A stretch of DNA of 63,703 nt, filler included, from Bigelowiella natans CCMP2755 (GCA_000320545.1; 9 parts of 9 records of this genome joined end to end with filler, not necessarily neighbours in it); one strand, 5' to 3'; counted from the whole stretch's first letter, positions 25,874 through 39,232 are shown. Made by a program: numbers and translations. Notes: a model not told the origin generated them from the letters alone.

Positions 25874-27015
25874 TGTGTGTGTGTGTGTGTGTGTGTTTCT
25901 GCTGTTTAATGATGAGCCGATTATTCATATCATCATCATCATCATCATCATTATGATCACCTCCACCATTCGTGCCGATGATATCAGATACACGGGGCAC
26001 ATGTGTCAGCTTGGAATGGACTATGACCTCTCCTCAGACGTGTGGATGTTTGACATGCAAACAGAGAAATGGAAAAGACGGCGATATGCCGGCGATCATT
26101 CCCGCCTTAATGAGCCGCGGTCGGTGGTTTTGCCTATGGGGAGAGTGGGGGGATGGAGGAGAGTTGCTTGCTTTGGTGTTCTTAACTGTCCTCTGCATCT
26201 TCATCGGCATCGTTCGAAAATGAATAGTAAGCTGTGGTTCACGCTTTGGAATGGAAGTACAGGGGTGCATTGGCGCACAATGCACATATAATCAAATGAG
26301 AAGCATACATGTACTAACGTGGAACATTGATTTTGCAGATTTGACCATTGGCCGACGAAAAGATTTCATCACACAGGAGTCATAAATGGCGACGTCATGT
26401 AAGTGTTCCTAGGCGAATTTCATTCTTTTTCTTTCACAAAAAATACAAATGAGAGCGTCTACAAATCCCACCCCCCCTCCCCTCCCCAACACAGTAGAAA
26501 CAACCAAGCTGACAAAAACATTTTTTGTAGACCTTTTTTTGCTTTTGTTTTTATTGTTAATTTGTTTTTGCGTAATCGTATTATCATTTAGCTTACTCTT
26601 GCTCTCACTGGCAGGTATATTTATGGAGGATATGGGCGCGACTTCGTAGACTATACGAACGAGCTTTGGGAGTAAGTTTATTCCTTGTTACACTCCGCGC
26701 CTCTGCATTGACATAATGCAGAGCAAATGACAATGATACACATTCACGTTTTTAACGGCGGAGTCATTATTGCAAAGCAGCATCCGTTTCATAGGCAGAA
26801 AATCGTTGTTTTTATTTTAACACATCGTGTGTTAATGGCTGATTTGAAAGGTATAATATAAACAAGTTCTATGCGTTGAGCGACGACCAAACAGGACGCT
26901 GGTGAGTACTGATAATGCACACACACACACACACAAACTCTTGTATGAATATAATATTATATTTATAATATTAACTTAAATTTTCGTATAAGCATGAGTA
27001 TGAACCGATTATCTC

Positions 27016-27058
<43 letters not shown>

Positions 27059-27507
27059 CTTTCTCGTCTCGGATGAGAGGGGAATTACAATAGATGATGG
27101 TTTAGAAAACAGCATCTTTACCGCTAATTTCAGGTACAAAGCGCAAATTCTTGTGAACGATCAACACCCGAGACCCAGCGCACGATGGCTGCATAGCGCA
27201 TGTATTGTGAACCGTGTGGTTGGTGGAGAAGGAGAGGTAAGAATAAGTCTATGCTAACGTATCCTCTCTACGCACAGACTCGCATAAAAACACACATATC
27301 TGTGGAACAAACTCTCAACTCTTCTCTTCTCGTTCTACGTACACCCCCTCCTCCTCTGCTACCACAGATTTTCATGTTCATGTACGGTGGGATGAGCATG
27401 GATAAGATGCTGAATGAAACGTGGCGATTAGCTATCGATGGGCCCCTTACAGATCAGAGCTACGGGCAGGCAACCACCAGACGGCGTTGGAAGAAGTAAG
27501 AACCAAA

Positions 27508-27546
<39 letters not shown>

Positions 27547-29549
27547 AAAGAGGGAGAGCAGCAGTAGCAACAACAACGAAAAAAACGAGCAAAACACAGA
27601 GCTGCATACGCACCCCCCTCCCTCACACCACACGTATACAAACATAATACGTTACATATATGTGCCATAATGCCTACTCGATTCGGTTGGTGACCAAAAG
27701 AAACCCTTTCCTTTTTCACACCATATTCAATCGCCCCCCCTCCCCCTCCCATCAGAATTCCTTCCGCCCCCGTTCCCGGCACCAAGGGGCCAGGAGCGCG
27801 CATTCGTACGTCAATCATTTATCACCCAGTGCGAGACCGCATTTACGTCTTTGGGGGTTTCTCCTCCCTGAGCAACTACACGAGCAACTACGTGGACGTC
27901 GGATCCCAATTCTTTCAGGACAAGGAAGGAGAGGTCTTTACGATGAACCTCACGACGAATCTGTGGAGTTCCATCATGCCGCTTGGCAAAAACTATGCGC
28001 CGCCGCGGATGGGACATCGAACGCTGCTGGTGCTTGATAGCCTTGTTGTCTTCGGGGGCTACTGGGCAAACAAGGAGTACGGCGACATTTGGCGGTTCAA
28101 CCTCACCTCAAAATACTGGATCAAGCAGGAATATCACTACTCCATCACCACCTTCCCGACAAAGCGCTACGAGCACACGTTCGCGGTGCGGGAGTCCACA
28201 AACTACTTCTACGTGTTTGGTGGCCAGACGAGTCGATCCACATTTGGGGAAACGAGGAATGACTACCGAGTCAACGACATGTGGAAGTACGACTTGCTGT
28301 GGTGTCCAAACGACTGCTCCAACCGTGGGAGCTGCATTTTTGGGTGAGGATGATGGATGCGGAGGAAGGAAGGGAAGGGGGGGGGGGGGGGGGGGGGATT
28401 TCGAGAGCGAGAGGAAAGTTTGGAATAATAGGGCGACTTCATGAATTTACAATGGCACCACAGCACACCCACATAATACACACATTAGTCACGAGCTTAA
28501 ACGAAACAAATCGTGCGAGTGCATCATCATCATCATCATCATCACCATCGCATTGCTCCCACCACAGGTACTGCTTCTGCGAAGAAGGCTACTACGGCTA
28601 CGACTGTCAGAATTCCCTCTGTCAGGGCTCGATGTGCTGGTACGAGGAGGACACGCTAAAGCAGGCGTGCAAGTTTTGTAGTAACCGCGGCGAATGTCGC
28701 GACGGTGTGTGCCGCTGTATGGACGGCTACGAGGGAGAGCAGTGCACTGATATCTTCTGTGAGTATGACTGCTACGGACGCGGTAATTGCACCGAGATTG
28801 GCCAATGCATCGAATATCGCTGGAACTACGATTTAGTTACGCTGAGCGGCGGCGCGGAGAAGATACTAACCGACCTCAACGAAACAGTGATCTACACGGG
28901 CCCCCCCCGCACGACGAGTTACATCACCATACCTGTGCAGCGGCGGGTGACGGAGCTCGCAGGGATTAACTGGCCTTGGAAGTACCAAACGATTTTCCCA
29001 CCCTCCCCTGGCGCTGGACCCATTGTGTCGTATTACGTCCACCACAAGGAGGGGCACAACGTCGTCAAGTCTAAGTTCCACACGACGGAGTCGCTCGATG
29101 AGTACTACCGCGCTGTCAAGAAAGACCAATGGTCAAAGGAGATGGCGTTCAAAGAGCGCGAAATGAACGTCTACGTCTCGGATTCCAGAACCATTTCCAT
29201 CGTCATCGAGATTCAAAACCGTGAGCGCTCGCTCTACATTAGGCCGGAGGTTGAGTACGAGCTGTGTTTCCTCACCAAGACGAAGAAGGATCTCCAATGC
29301 GAGTGCAACGACGGCTTCTGGGGCCGCCTGTGCGAGCACAAGTGGTGCGAGTGCTCCGGACATGGCAGCTGCAAGAGCATAAACGGCACGTGTGAGTGCG
29401 ATTTCGATGCCGAGGGAAGATGGGTTGGGCATAACTGCTCGATCTACAGGAGAGCTGAGGCGGAAGGGGACGAGGGTCCGTATATACCAATCGGGCTTTT
29501 CGTGACATTTTTCCTCTTCCTCGTAATCATGGTGAACCTACAGCGGTGA
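24922..29549 (+). CDS. Type I membrane protein with signal peptide, Kelch repeats and EGF-like repeats (attractin/MEGF8-like architecture)
   Basis: Signal peptide MWKTSAASLMPSVSSFLLPLLVLLSHAPRAYG. Kelch motifs PPRLSGHSSAVW..IILFGG, PSARWLHSACIV, PGARSAHS...IYVFGG, PPRMGH...LVVFGG and PTKRYEH...FYVFGG. EGF motifs CPNDCSNRGSC, CSNRGECRDGVCRCMDGYEGEQC and CSGHGSC..GTCEC. C-terminal TM segment IPIGLFVTFFLFLVIMV. Confidence 0.88.
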
Positions 29550-30480
29550 GAAGTCCGCGCTGTCCGCGTTTCGCTCCTTCGCTTTCGGTCTCGCGCCAGC
29601 TACGCGATGATGGAGGTGTGCGTTGTACGCTAGGAGAAGGAGAGAGACGGCGAAAAGCCGTGGAACAGCAAACTATTTTTTATCATCATACTTGTGCAGC
29701 ATCTTTCGATGCTTTACCATCCCATCTCTATAGTTTTAGAAAGAAAGTCACAGCATTTGAAATCTGTTTTCTCTACAATTCTCCAACATTGTCACCTCTC
29801 AACGTCTGTTGGGATCTTTATTCTCACCACCACCCAGTGTCTCTTATTCCCTTGCATTTCGGCGCTGGGAGAAGATGGAGAGAGGGCGAGAAAAAAGATG
29901 AACAGATTGGATGAACATCCAGAATACGCAAGAAAGCCATCACCACATTCTAACCCTCATCTTTTTTCATGTCCACGTCCTCTTCCCCGAAAATCTCATA
30001 GATTACATTTTTCCTCTTATCACCAAGAAAAACCGCCGATTGAGTGCTCTTCTTCAAGGCCTGAATCATAGGTCTTTCTCATCTATACCGTCACCCCTCA
30101 CCCTCCTTCAATACCCTCCAAACGCTGCAACTTCCTACCTTGCGGCCCCCATTATCACTCTTGAAGATTTTACACGAGTTCTACGAGAGATTATTGCCGA
30201 GAAAGTGAAACGAGAAGAAGTCCTCCTAATATTTATTTCGCCTATTCTTCTCGTTTCTCTTTGATTGCAAATCGGCAATGTAGCAAGGATTTGTGCCTTC
30301 ACAGGAAGATGATGAGAGTGGCCGTCAGGGTTATTAGTGCGCGTGTTATCGCATATTACACCGTATATGTGTGCACCTGCCTGCTCTGAAAAGTTACGTT
30401 TTGTTTATTATAACTACACATGCAGCGTACGATACCCGGCAGCTGCATTAAGTTTAAATGCGCCTTGTTTAGCTCAGTGT

Positions 30481-31618
30481 TGAGCCTTGTTCGCATCGGT
30501 GTGCCATTCATCATCATCGATCTGCATGGATGTGGTGGCTAGCACTGGGCAGCTGGACCAGATGTGTGATCGAGACGGATGCAATGAACAAGTTGAATTT
30601 GTTCAATTGTCACCCTGATAGCGGATCAGTGCACTAGTGCAGACGGCGACGCAAAGCAGCGGCTGCAGCGCTCAGATTGCATCCATTTTTCTCGTCTGAT
30701 GTGTGTTGCATGCATTCATGCAAAAGCATCAGTGTCCCATCGTTGATGTCGTGCGGTGCGCGCAGCGGTCCGTGCCTCTTTTTCAGCTTCCGTCAGTCGT
30801 TTTGTCTCGCCGTGATGATCTCATCGCCAGATACGATCGTTTCGATTCATGATGGCATTCAATTGGTCACTTGATCTGAGCTGTTGGTGTTCGCGTGCCG
30901 CACATTGAAGGAGGTGATTCTTGTCCTTTGTGACATATAGACAGCACACGTGTCACACGTCGTGGCGTGCGTCTGCTTCGAATTCCTCACATTGTCCTCG
31001 GGACAACACAAAATTTCCAAGATGAAGCACACCCCACAGGTGGCACGCACCCATGTGATAGCAACACATGGCAATTTCGATGTGACACCAGTGACACGAG
31101 AGAAGGAAGCCAAGATGTTTCAGCTGCACAGCTCTTGTCAAGTCATTGGACCACTTTTCTTCAAAGTCAGACACAAAGCAGCCGTTTTGATTCTTTCGGG
31201 TTGCTTTTGAGATCTTTTTTGAGCGCTGATCTTGTCGTTCGAAAAGCAGGAAGACCAGCAGGTAGTGGGTTGTTGGTGGTCAAGCAGAGTTGGCGAAACA
31301 CACACACGTGTGCATGCATGCATTCCAATGTTGTGCACATTTCAACGGCGTTGCTTCATGCTTCCATGCTAGATGAATTGCGCATCATTTTTGCACTTCT
31401 TCGTCGTTCACTTTGGTGGTTGAAAGATCAAATGTCTGCTTTTGGTAGCCTAGCAGCTGCTTCGCCCGTGCAAAACACGTGAACACACACATCATGTGCA
31501 CAACATGAGCGCTGTAGCCACTGTTTCCCGCAGACACATTTGGATGACTGTGGTAAACATTTGATCATTTCATCACATCCGTCTCACATGTGCACGCCAT
31601 GCTGCTCTGCCATGCCTG
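30481..31618. other. TpA-depleted intergenic island 3, possibly a decayed coding or mobile-element relic
   Basis: Hand count gives 13 TA in about 1140 bp (4 CTAG, 3 ATAG, 3 GTAG, 1 ATAC, 1 ATAT, 1 GTAA), against roughly 70 expected at about 50% GC. CpG is common. Confidence 0.9.
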
Positions 31619-31777
31619 TCACGATGATGCTGAGGAGGAGGAAGCGGAGGCTATCGTAGCACGCAAATCCTTCAAAACGTCCGATTTCTCGTACTCTTGA
31701 AGCTGATAATTGTGTGTGAAAATACGACATATATCAGCGAATCATTCGGTTCACTAGCCACACTCGCATATATTCAC

Positions 31778-31822
<45 letters not shown>

Positions 31823-32472
31823 TAATACACATATATTGTGTGTGTGTGTGTGTGTGGAATTATAAGAATAGGAACAGACTCAGAAGCGTATTGTCATTGC
31901 TTTCAATTATAATGTATCCAGTGTAAAGTACGGGCTTTCGAGCTACTCAAAGAGAGGACACTACCTGTTTCATAAACCCAGAGTTTGGCTCGGCAATACT
32001 TCTTTTCTCCTTTATCAGCGCTACCGCGTCTTTCGCGCACAGTCCTTCGCTCGCCTGGGTATTATTACACATGAATTGCATCCTAATAATAATAATAATA
32101 ATAATGATAATAATGGGGATTGAGTCGTGATCCACGGTACTCCCGCTTTTGTTTTCCGTCGAGCAAAAACTGAATTGATGCTTGTATCTGTGGCGAGCGG
32201 CGGGGGCCAATGATATCGCGTTATTTAATAGCTCGTATATTTGCGCCGATTATTTCCTATTCTTATTGTCTATTTACCATGAGATAGGCGGCCGTCGCTG
32301 TAGATGACCTGCTTTTGCCCTGTGCGCAGTGAATGAGAACCGCACCTCCTGTTTGCATGCGGTGTATTGGTGAGAGGACGAAGAAAGGGGGGAGGCCAGA
32401 ATATCAACAGCTGCTAAGTTTAGCGTTGGTGGAAATGATTTTTACTTCATGAAGTCTATAGCTGCTGACACC

Positions 32473-32509
<37 letters not shown>

Positions 32510-32883
32510 GACACTATTGTTCATTCCTCATCTTATTATTATTCATCGCATAACATCGGTGCTTGTGTTGTCATCAAACATGATGGCAGGGACCTGAACG
32601 AAGACCTTCATCAACAAACTTAAATACATCGACAAACTGATCGAACTTGCTCTCTGGAGAACGTATGATATAAGATTATTGAAGTGCAAGAATGCGGTCG
32701 GATGATGGAAGGGATCTCCCTGTGTCCCCCCCCCCTCCCGTCTCTCCTTAATGCTACCTTTCCAAAGCTTTTGGTCCGGGGAGTCAAACCAGTTTAGCTG
32801 CGGGGGAATGATAGCATGGATGAAGATTGATTTAGACGAAAGGCAGTCGTATTTATCAATGTTACTGCTGCCTAGACACACAA

Positions 32884-32925
<42 letters not shown>

Positions 32926-33668
32926 GTATAAAAAGGTAAGATATGTACGCAATACAGCCCAAAATCTAAAATTTGAACCACAACCTTCAAGAACTTCGTC
33001 CCCATTTTCTCCACCTTCGGCAGCATTCTATTCCGACACATCGCAGGGTAAGAAGGAATAAATACTAATACTCTCAAAACGAATCGAGCGCCACATATCC
33101 TATCACGTACTTTAGTCCCCAGCCTACGAAAAACTTGTCCAGATCTTTAGCCGTGTTGACGACGTGAGTAATGCCCTTCTTTTTCACGAATCTGTCCGGA
33201 AAATGCGGCTGTGAGCGGGCCCAGAAACATAGGGGGTGAACATGCTTGTTGCCAAGTTTCACTACTTTGGACCACAGGCCATAAATCCCCCTTGCCAAAG
33301 CTTTCCCCCGTTCTCTCTCGTAAGGACTAGACTCCCTGGATTTTTCTTCATATCGGCCTCCATTGCTGCCTGTGACCCAGAATAGCATGAAATAAGATAG
33401 TTCTAGGATTTATCTCTGTGATTATTAATCCTCCTAATCGATAGTCTCTCTTCACCCGAATATCCTTTGAATCCACGGCCTCCCTTTTATGGTCCCTCAA
33501 ATGACCACCACACGAGCGACATTTCTGTGGGTTAACCAAAGATGCTATCAAGAGAAGAATTGACGGGTGTAGGAAAGGGCAGGGAGTGGTCCCACCGACC
33601 TGTTTTGCGAAGGGGTTTGGAATAAATTTGCTGCAATCACATTTTCCGGAAAAAGTGAGCTGGCTCAT
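31619..33668 (-). CDS. Dual-specificity protein phosphatase with an N-terminal Cys/His module, multi-exon
   Basis: Motifs KLWQGGF, KGITHVVNTA, catalytic VLIHCAQGKSRSSTATAAYLM and IKEKRSIAEPNSGFMKQ|LQEYE. ATG at 33668, stop TGA at 31619. Confidence 0.92.
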
Positions 33669-34401
33669 GGTGGTGGGGGGGGATATCTAGGTAGGAAAAA
33701 TTATTAGCGTATTTTATTGTAAATCGATAAAATTCATCAAACAATAACTACAACACTATCATCGAAAGCAAATATCCTTTTTGTTGATGATTATTTTTTA
33801 GACAAATCTTGGACATTTTATATCTGCGTCATCATCCAAAAACAAGCAACATAGGGAAAAGTCCCTCAGATTTTATCTGCAGATATTTTGATGACTATTG
33901 TTATATACGACATCGCGTCGTCTATGACGGATGAAATAAATATACTTGATTTTGGGGAAAGTCCGTTTGTCGCAGGGTTTCTCTGAGCAGTGTTAATAGG
34001 AAGTTGTCCTCTCAGGGTAGCCATTGTTCGGAGTCCACCATTGTCAGTCACCAATTTTTGAGTTTTAAGACATGTTAATTTCTCAGTCGCTAATAATAAT
34101 CGCATCTATTTTCGATCATTAAGCATTATCGGCAGCTCTCTTTTTCCAGGTTGCAGGACTGAAATATCTAGCTTCATGGCGCCCTTGGACGACCCGGAAA
34201 GGCAGCCGATCGCTTCGAAATGATGATAAGGAATATCTTTATATAAGACGACATCCTAAAATTATTGTCGTATATATTTAATGTCATAAAAGTGTTCGGC
34301 AAAAAAGTATACATTAGAACTGAATTTCAAAACGAACGCCTCCCAGGTCGAGCAGCAGACACTCGCACACTGGCAGCACAATCTACACAATACACTTCAA
34401 T

Positions 34402-35246
34402 ATGACTTACGAGTTTCATGATGTTGGCATTGATAGATAATGGGAAGGTGGGGGTGGGCAAGGAGTGTTTTCCAAGCAGTTCCTAGACTCATGAGCTGAC
34501 GTTGCTATGTTGTAACATAGGATTCCAATCTTGACGAAACAACACGAGATTCCAATCTTGACGAGAAAGGATACGATTTTGAGCAAATAATGGAAGGCAA
34601 ATTTAAGCCCAAGGATCTCACTGAGTTCCGCAAGGTGTTCAAATCCTTCGATAAGGATGGCAATGGGACGATCGACAAGTCTGAGATGCGCTCGGCTCTC
34701 ACAACCTTGAAGATGTACGATTCTTTGGGAAAGCTGGATGATATCATGAAAGAGGTATAGTTAAAATAGTAAAAATACAATCTGGAGGATTTTAGTCACA
34801 CGGGTCTACCTAACTGTCATTCTCTCATCGTCCACCCCTCTTCTATTAATGCTTGCATTGCGTTCCATAGGTCGACGTGAACAAGGATGGAGTCATCGCT
34901 TGGGATGAGTTCCTGCAAGTTATGTACTCCTGTAAATTCGGCGGGAAGACCTCTCACTTTGGAAAGGTTTACGACAAGCAGAAGCAAACTGTCGTGAAGG
35001 TCGGCAAAGGCCACACGGTTCATTCCTTCGCCGTGGAGGAGATGATTGCCTTTTCTGAGCACATCAACCACAGCCTCAAGGACGACGAGGAGCTCGCAAA
35101 ATGGGACATAATTCCAATCAACACCGAGGAAAAGAAACAGGTATTGTCCTTACAGAACGCCATCGTGTCGCGTGCTGTGCTTTTACTAGCCATGCCTCCC
35201 CCGAATTATTTCATCAACTTGATGGCATGGCTGAAACGGAATTGAT

Positions 35247-35289
<43 letters not shown>

Positions 35290-35712
35290 GAATTGACTTG
35301 TAAAGATGGGCCTCTGCACTTCCGTCCGTGATGGATTATTGCTCGCGAAGTTCATCAACATCGCAGCGCCTGACACCATCGACGAACGCGCCCTGAACAA
35401 GCCAAAGGGCAAGAAGCAGCTTTCGCTCTTCCAGATTAATGAGAATATGAACATCGTAATTAACTCGGCCAAGGGCATTGGGATTAAGGTGGTTAACATC
35501 GGCGCAGGCGAGCTCCAAGATGGCGCGGCCCATCCTCATATCGTGCTGGGTATGTCTACATGCTGCTGGAAACTGTGAGGGGGGGGGGGCAGAGGGGGCG
35601 AAGAGAAAGAGCTATGATGTATCACTAAGCACAACACAACCATTTTAAATTTTCAAAAGTCTCCGCACGCAGGACAACTTTTTGTATGCATGGGCATCGC
35701 ATCCTTCACCAC

Positions 35713-35745
<33 letters not shown>

Positions 35746-37184
35746 GGTTTTGAACTCAGGACTGGTATGGCAGCTCGTCAAGCTGCAGCTGCTGAACTCC
35801 GTGAATATCAAGGCGCACCCCGAGCTGGTGCGTTTGTTGGAAGAGGGTGAATCTCTCGAGGATCTCCTACGCCTCCCCCCGGAGCAGCTGCTGATGCGGT
35901 GGTTCAACTATCATCTAAAGAACGCCGGGTCCGAGCGCCGCGTCCGCAACTTCTCCGGAGACGTGAAAGACTCCGAGTGCTACACCGTGCTGCTGCACCA
36001 AATCGCGCCAGGCAAATGCGACAACAAGGCCCTCACCGTCCAGGACAAGAAGAAGCGCGCTCAGATGGTGCTCAGCAACGCCAAGAAGCTCGACGTCGAG
36101 TCCTTCATCACTCCCTCGGATATCTGCAAGGGAAACCCGAAGCTGAACCTTGCCTTCACAGCTGCCATCTTCAACCAGTGCCCCGGCCTCGATCCACTCG
36201 ACGAGGAGGAAATGGATAAGATCGGTCTGCTCGAGGACGATGTCGGCGACTCCCGCGAGGAGCGTGCGTTCCGCATGTGGATGAACTCGCTCGGCCTGGA
36301 GGACTTTTACATCAACAATCTCTACGAAGACTGCGCGGATGGCGTGAATCTGCTCAAGGTGATCGATGCTGTCGAACCCGGAATCGTCTACTGGAAGAAG
36401 GTTGTGTAGTAGTATAGTAGTAGTAATTGTTGTAGTTGTTGTTGTTGTAGTTGATAATAGCAAACAGCTGTGCGCGCATACACACAGCAGCAGTAGCAGC
36501 AGGAGGAGGAGGACCATTTTCCACAAACACAAATAATCGATAATAGCGATGACATTCATACCAAACCATCGTCGTCGTTGTTAGTGTTGCCCACGCTTCT
36601 CCTCTACTCTTCCTTTTCCTTACCATAATACTTCGTAGGTCGAGAAGAAACCAACCAACAAATTCAAGAAGGTGGCCAACCAAAACTACGCAGTGGTCCT
36701 TGGGAAGCAGCTCAAGTTCTCCCTGGTGGGGATTGGGGGCATTGACTTCGTGAACAAGAACAAAAAGCTACTCCTCGCTTTCATTTGGCAGCTGATGCGC
36801 CACCACACGCTCAAGTACCTTGGCAAGGTGCAGAAGAAGCACTTTGGAGGCAAAGCCGTTACGGATGAGATGATGGTCAAATGGGCCAACAACAAGGTGT
36901 CAGCTGCAGGACGCAAGTCACGAATGCGCAGTCTCAAGGACAAGGGCCTGGGCACTTGCGTCTTCTTCCTAGATCTCCTCTATGCGATCAGGCCAAAGGT
37001 CATTGACGAACAGTACATCACAGAAGGAAAGAGCGACGATGACCGCCTCCTCAATGCGAAATACGCGATCTCCGTTGCAAGGAAGCTGGGCGCTGTGGTC
37101 TTCTGCATCCCGGAAGATCTCGTGGAGGTGCAGTACAAGATGGTCCTCACGTTCGTAGCCTCCACTATGTCGTGCTCGACTTAA
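34402..37184 (+). CDS. Fimbrin/plastin (EF-hands plus four CH domains)
   Basis: EF-hands FDKDGNGTIDKSE and VDVNKDGVIAWDEF. Actin-binding-domain motifs DGLLLAKFINIAAPDTIDERALN, LPPEQLLMRWFNYHL, NFSGDVKDSECY, SREERAFRMWMNSLG and NAKYAISVARKLGA. The short first exon (MTYEFHD) is tentative. Confidence 0.96.
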
Positions 37185-37380
37185 TGCGACGAGCGACATC
37201 GACCAACAGTAACCGAAGAAAGACTCGTGTTGCCAGTGTTATCTGTGTGCAGCAGCAGTGGGAGCATGCCGCCGCCGCGGCTGCGCTGATTACTGTATTG
37301 TGGAGGGAGGGCGGGGGGAACGTCCTAGCGTCGTAGAAAATAAAAATCAATTGAGATGTATTTTACATGTCAATGTCTGG

Positions 37381-37860
37381 TATGCATGCCAGTCAATCTA
37401 GAAGTCTTATACATTGCATTGTGTCATGTGGCCAATAGCAGAGGGAGTCTGTCATCTGTCCTCCACTGTCTACATGTTGTGCATGCTAGCATGCTAGCAT
37501 GGTCGTAGCGCGGCCCCACATGCTAGCATGCTCGCCAAGCATATCACTGCGCCATGCATAGCTAGATAGAGGCGATATAGCGATGGCAAGCTTTATTTCA
37601 AACACACTCATCATCTAGATATGCACGTACAATGCTAGAATGCTTAGAATGCTGACTAGCTGAGTTGTTATGTTCTAGCGTTCTAGCGTTGCTAGGTTGA
37701 TGACTCACACCAGCTAGCTAGCTAGCTAGTCGCCGTCTAGCCGTACATGCTAGCATGGCTAGATGGTCTCGCACTAGCTAGCTAGCTAACGCATAATGAA
37801 GATTGGCATGTTAGCATGCTAGCTAGCTAGCAGGTCGCATGTTCGACTCCATATTGAACA
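37381..37860. repeat. Extremely CTAG-rich island with (GCTA)n and GCATGCTAGCATGC motifs, between the convergent fimbrin and RUN-gene 3' ends
   Basis: 24 CTAG counted in 480 bp, against about 2 expected. Confidence 0.85.
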
Positions 37861-38003
37861 AATTCAATTTTATTCATATTACACCCGTCTTACATGCGCC
37901 ACGTACGATAGTAGTAGACACGACTAGACAAGGCATCACGAGTTATACAGCTCATCCCGTAAATATCACGACACTTATTACTAGCTTACCCCATAGTATT
38001 TAG

Positions 38004-38541
38004 CTACCCTAGCTGCAGATTCATCGGAATATCGTCAGCCGACGAGAGAATCGCCATTAGACGTTCTCTGTACCCTCTTCTCCCACCACTGCCGCTTCGC
38101 CGTCGATCGTCTCTACTAGCACCGTCGCCGCTAAGAGCTCGCAGGTCCATCTTCTTGTTGCTTTCTGCCTCCATCTTCACCGCATTGAGAACCCCGTCCG
38201 CGCCGTAGTACTTGTCCACGAGGAAGGGGGGGGGCACCGTTTCCCTTGCCCCCGCCCCTGCTCGCTGCGTCGGGGTAATGGCCTTCTTCTGTTTCTTATC
38301 TGTGAGGCTCAAGAGCGTTCGCATTGCACTGTGGAGGCGGTTGCTACGGAGAAGATGCTTCAGCCATGCCCTCGTCAGCGTGCAGTGAGATCTCGAGGTG
38401 CCGATGTTCTTTTGGTCAATGATGAAGCGCACGTCAGTCGCGAAGTCACGGGCAGTTGCGGAGTAGTCTTGAGAGCATTGTCGGGTGGCATCGACGACCT
38501 AGCAGCAAGTAACATCACCAATGATATATTATATTATATAA

Positions 38542-38594
<53 letters not shown>

Positions 38595-38716
38595 AATAAT
38601 AAATGATATTTTTTTTTGGTTAGTAGTAGTTAGTTGTTGTTTATACGTGCATGTAATCCCCCTCCCCCCCCCCCTTTCTATCTCTCTATGAGTCCATGAG
38701 CATGCGCGCGTGAGTA

Positions 38717-38760
<44 letters not shown>

Positions 38761-39167
38761 CAGATAGACAATATCCGTACCACTGGCCAGAAGGTCGGAA
38801 GTCTGTGGGGTTTTATCCCTTCCCCCCCCCCCCCCCCCTTTTTCCCGCAGTACAAAATCCCCTCGAGCGCCTCCACAAATTCCAGCGTCTGGACGTCATC
38901 GAGTGTCCTTCGCGACCTCCTCGTGGTGCTGCTACTGCTACTTGTGCTGCTGCTGATTTCGCTAATACCCTACAAAGCATGCAGGAAGTGATGAGCGGCT
39001 GGCGTTGGTAGGTGGTGTGTGGAAATGTGTTTGACGTGGTTGCCAATTGCTGTACCGTTGTGCGCTGTTGTGTGCATGAGCGTTGGGCCTGATCAGTCGG
39101 GATGATGACCATGGAGGTTATGGAATAATTATTTTTAAATGTGTGCGTATATGAATTATAATCGAAT

Positions 39168-39232
<65 letters not shown>

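Noticed and set aside
13293-31300. TGA reassignment (alternative genetic code) suggested by in-frame TGAs upstream of TOP1 and in island 3
   Set aside because: The conserved genes have no internal TGA, use TGG for Trp, and several end in TGA (Kir, phosphatase, Kelch-EGF, ankyrin).
37700-37835. Spaced GCTAGCTAGCTAG blocks as a CRISPR-like array
   Set aside because: The repeats are short tetranucleotide runs of variable length and spacing in a eukaryotic context, with no cas genes.
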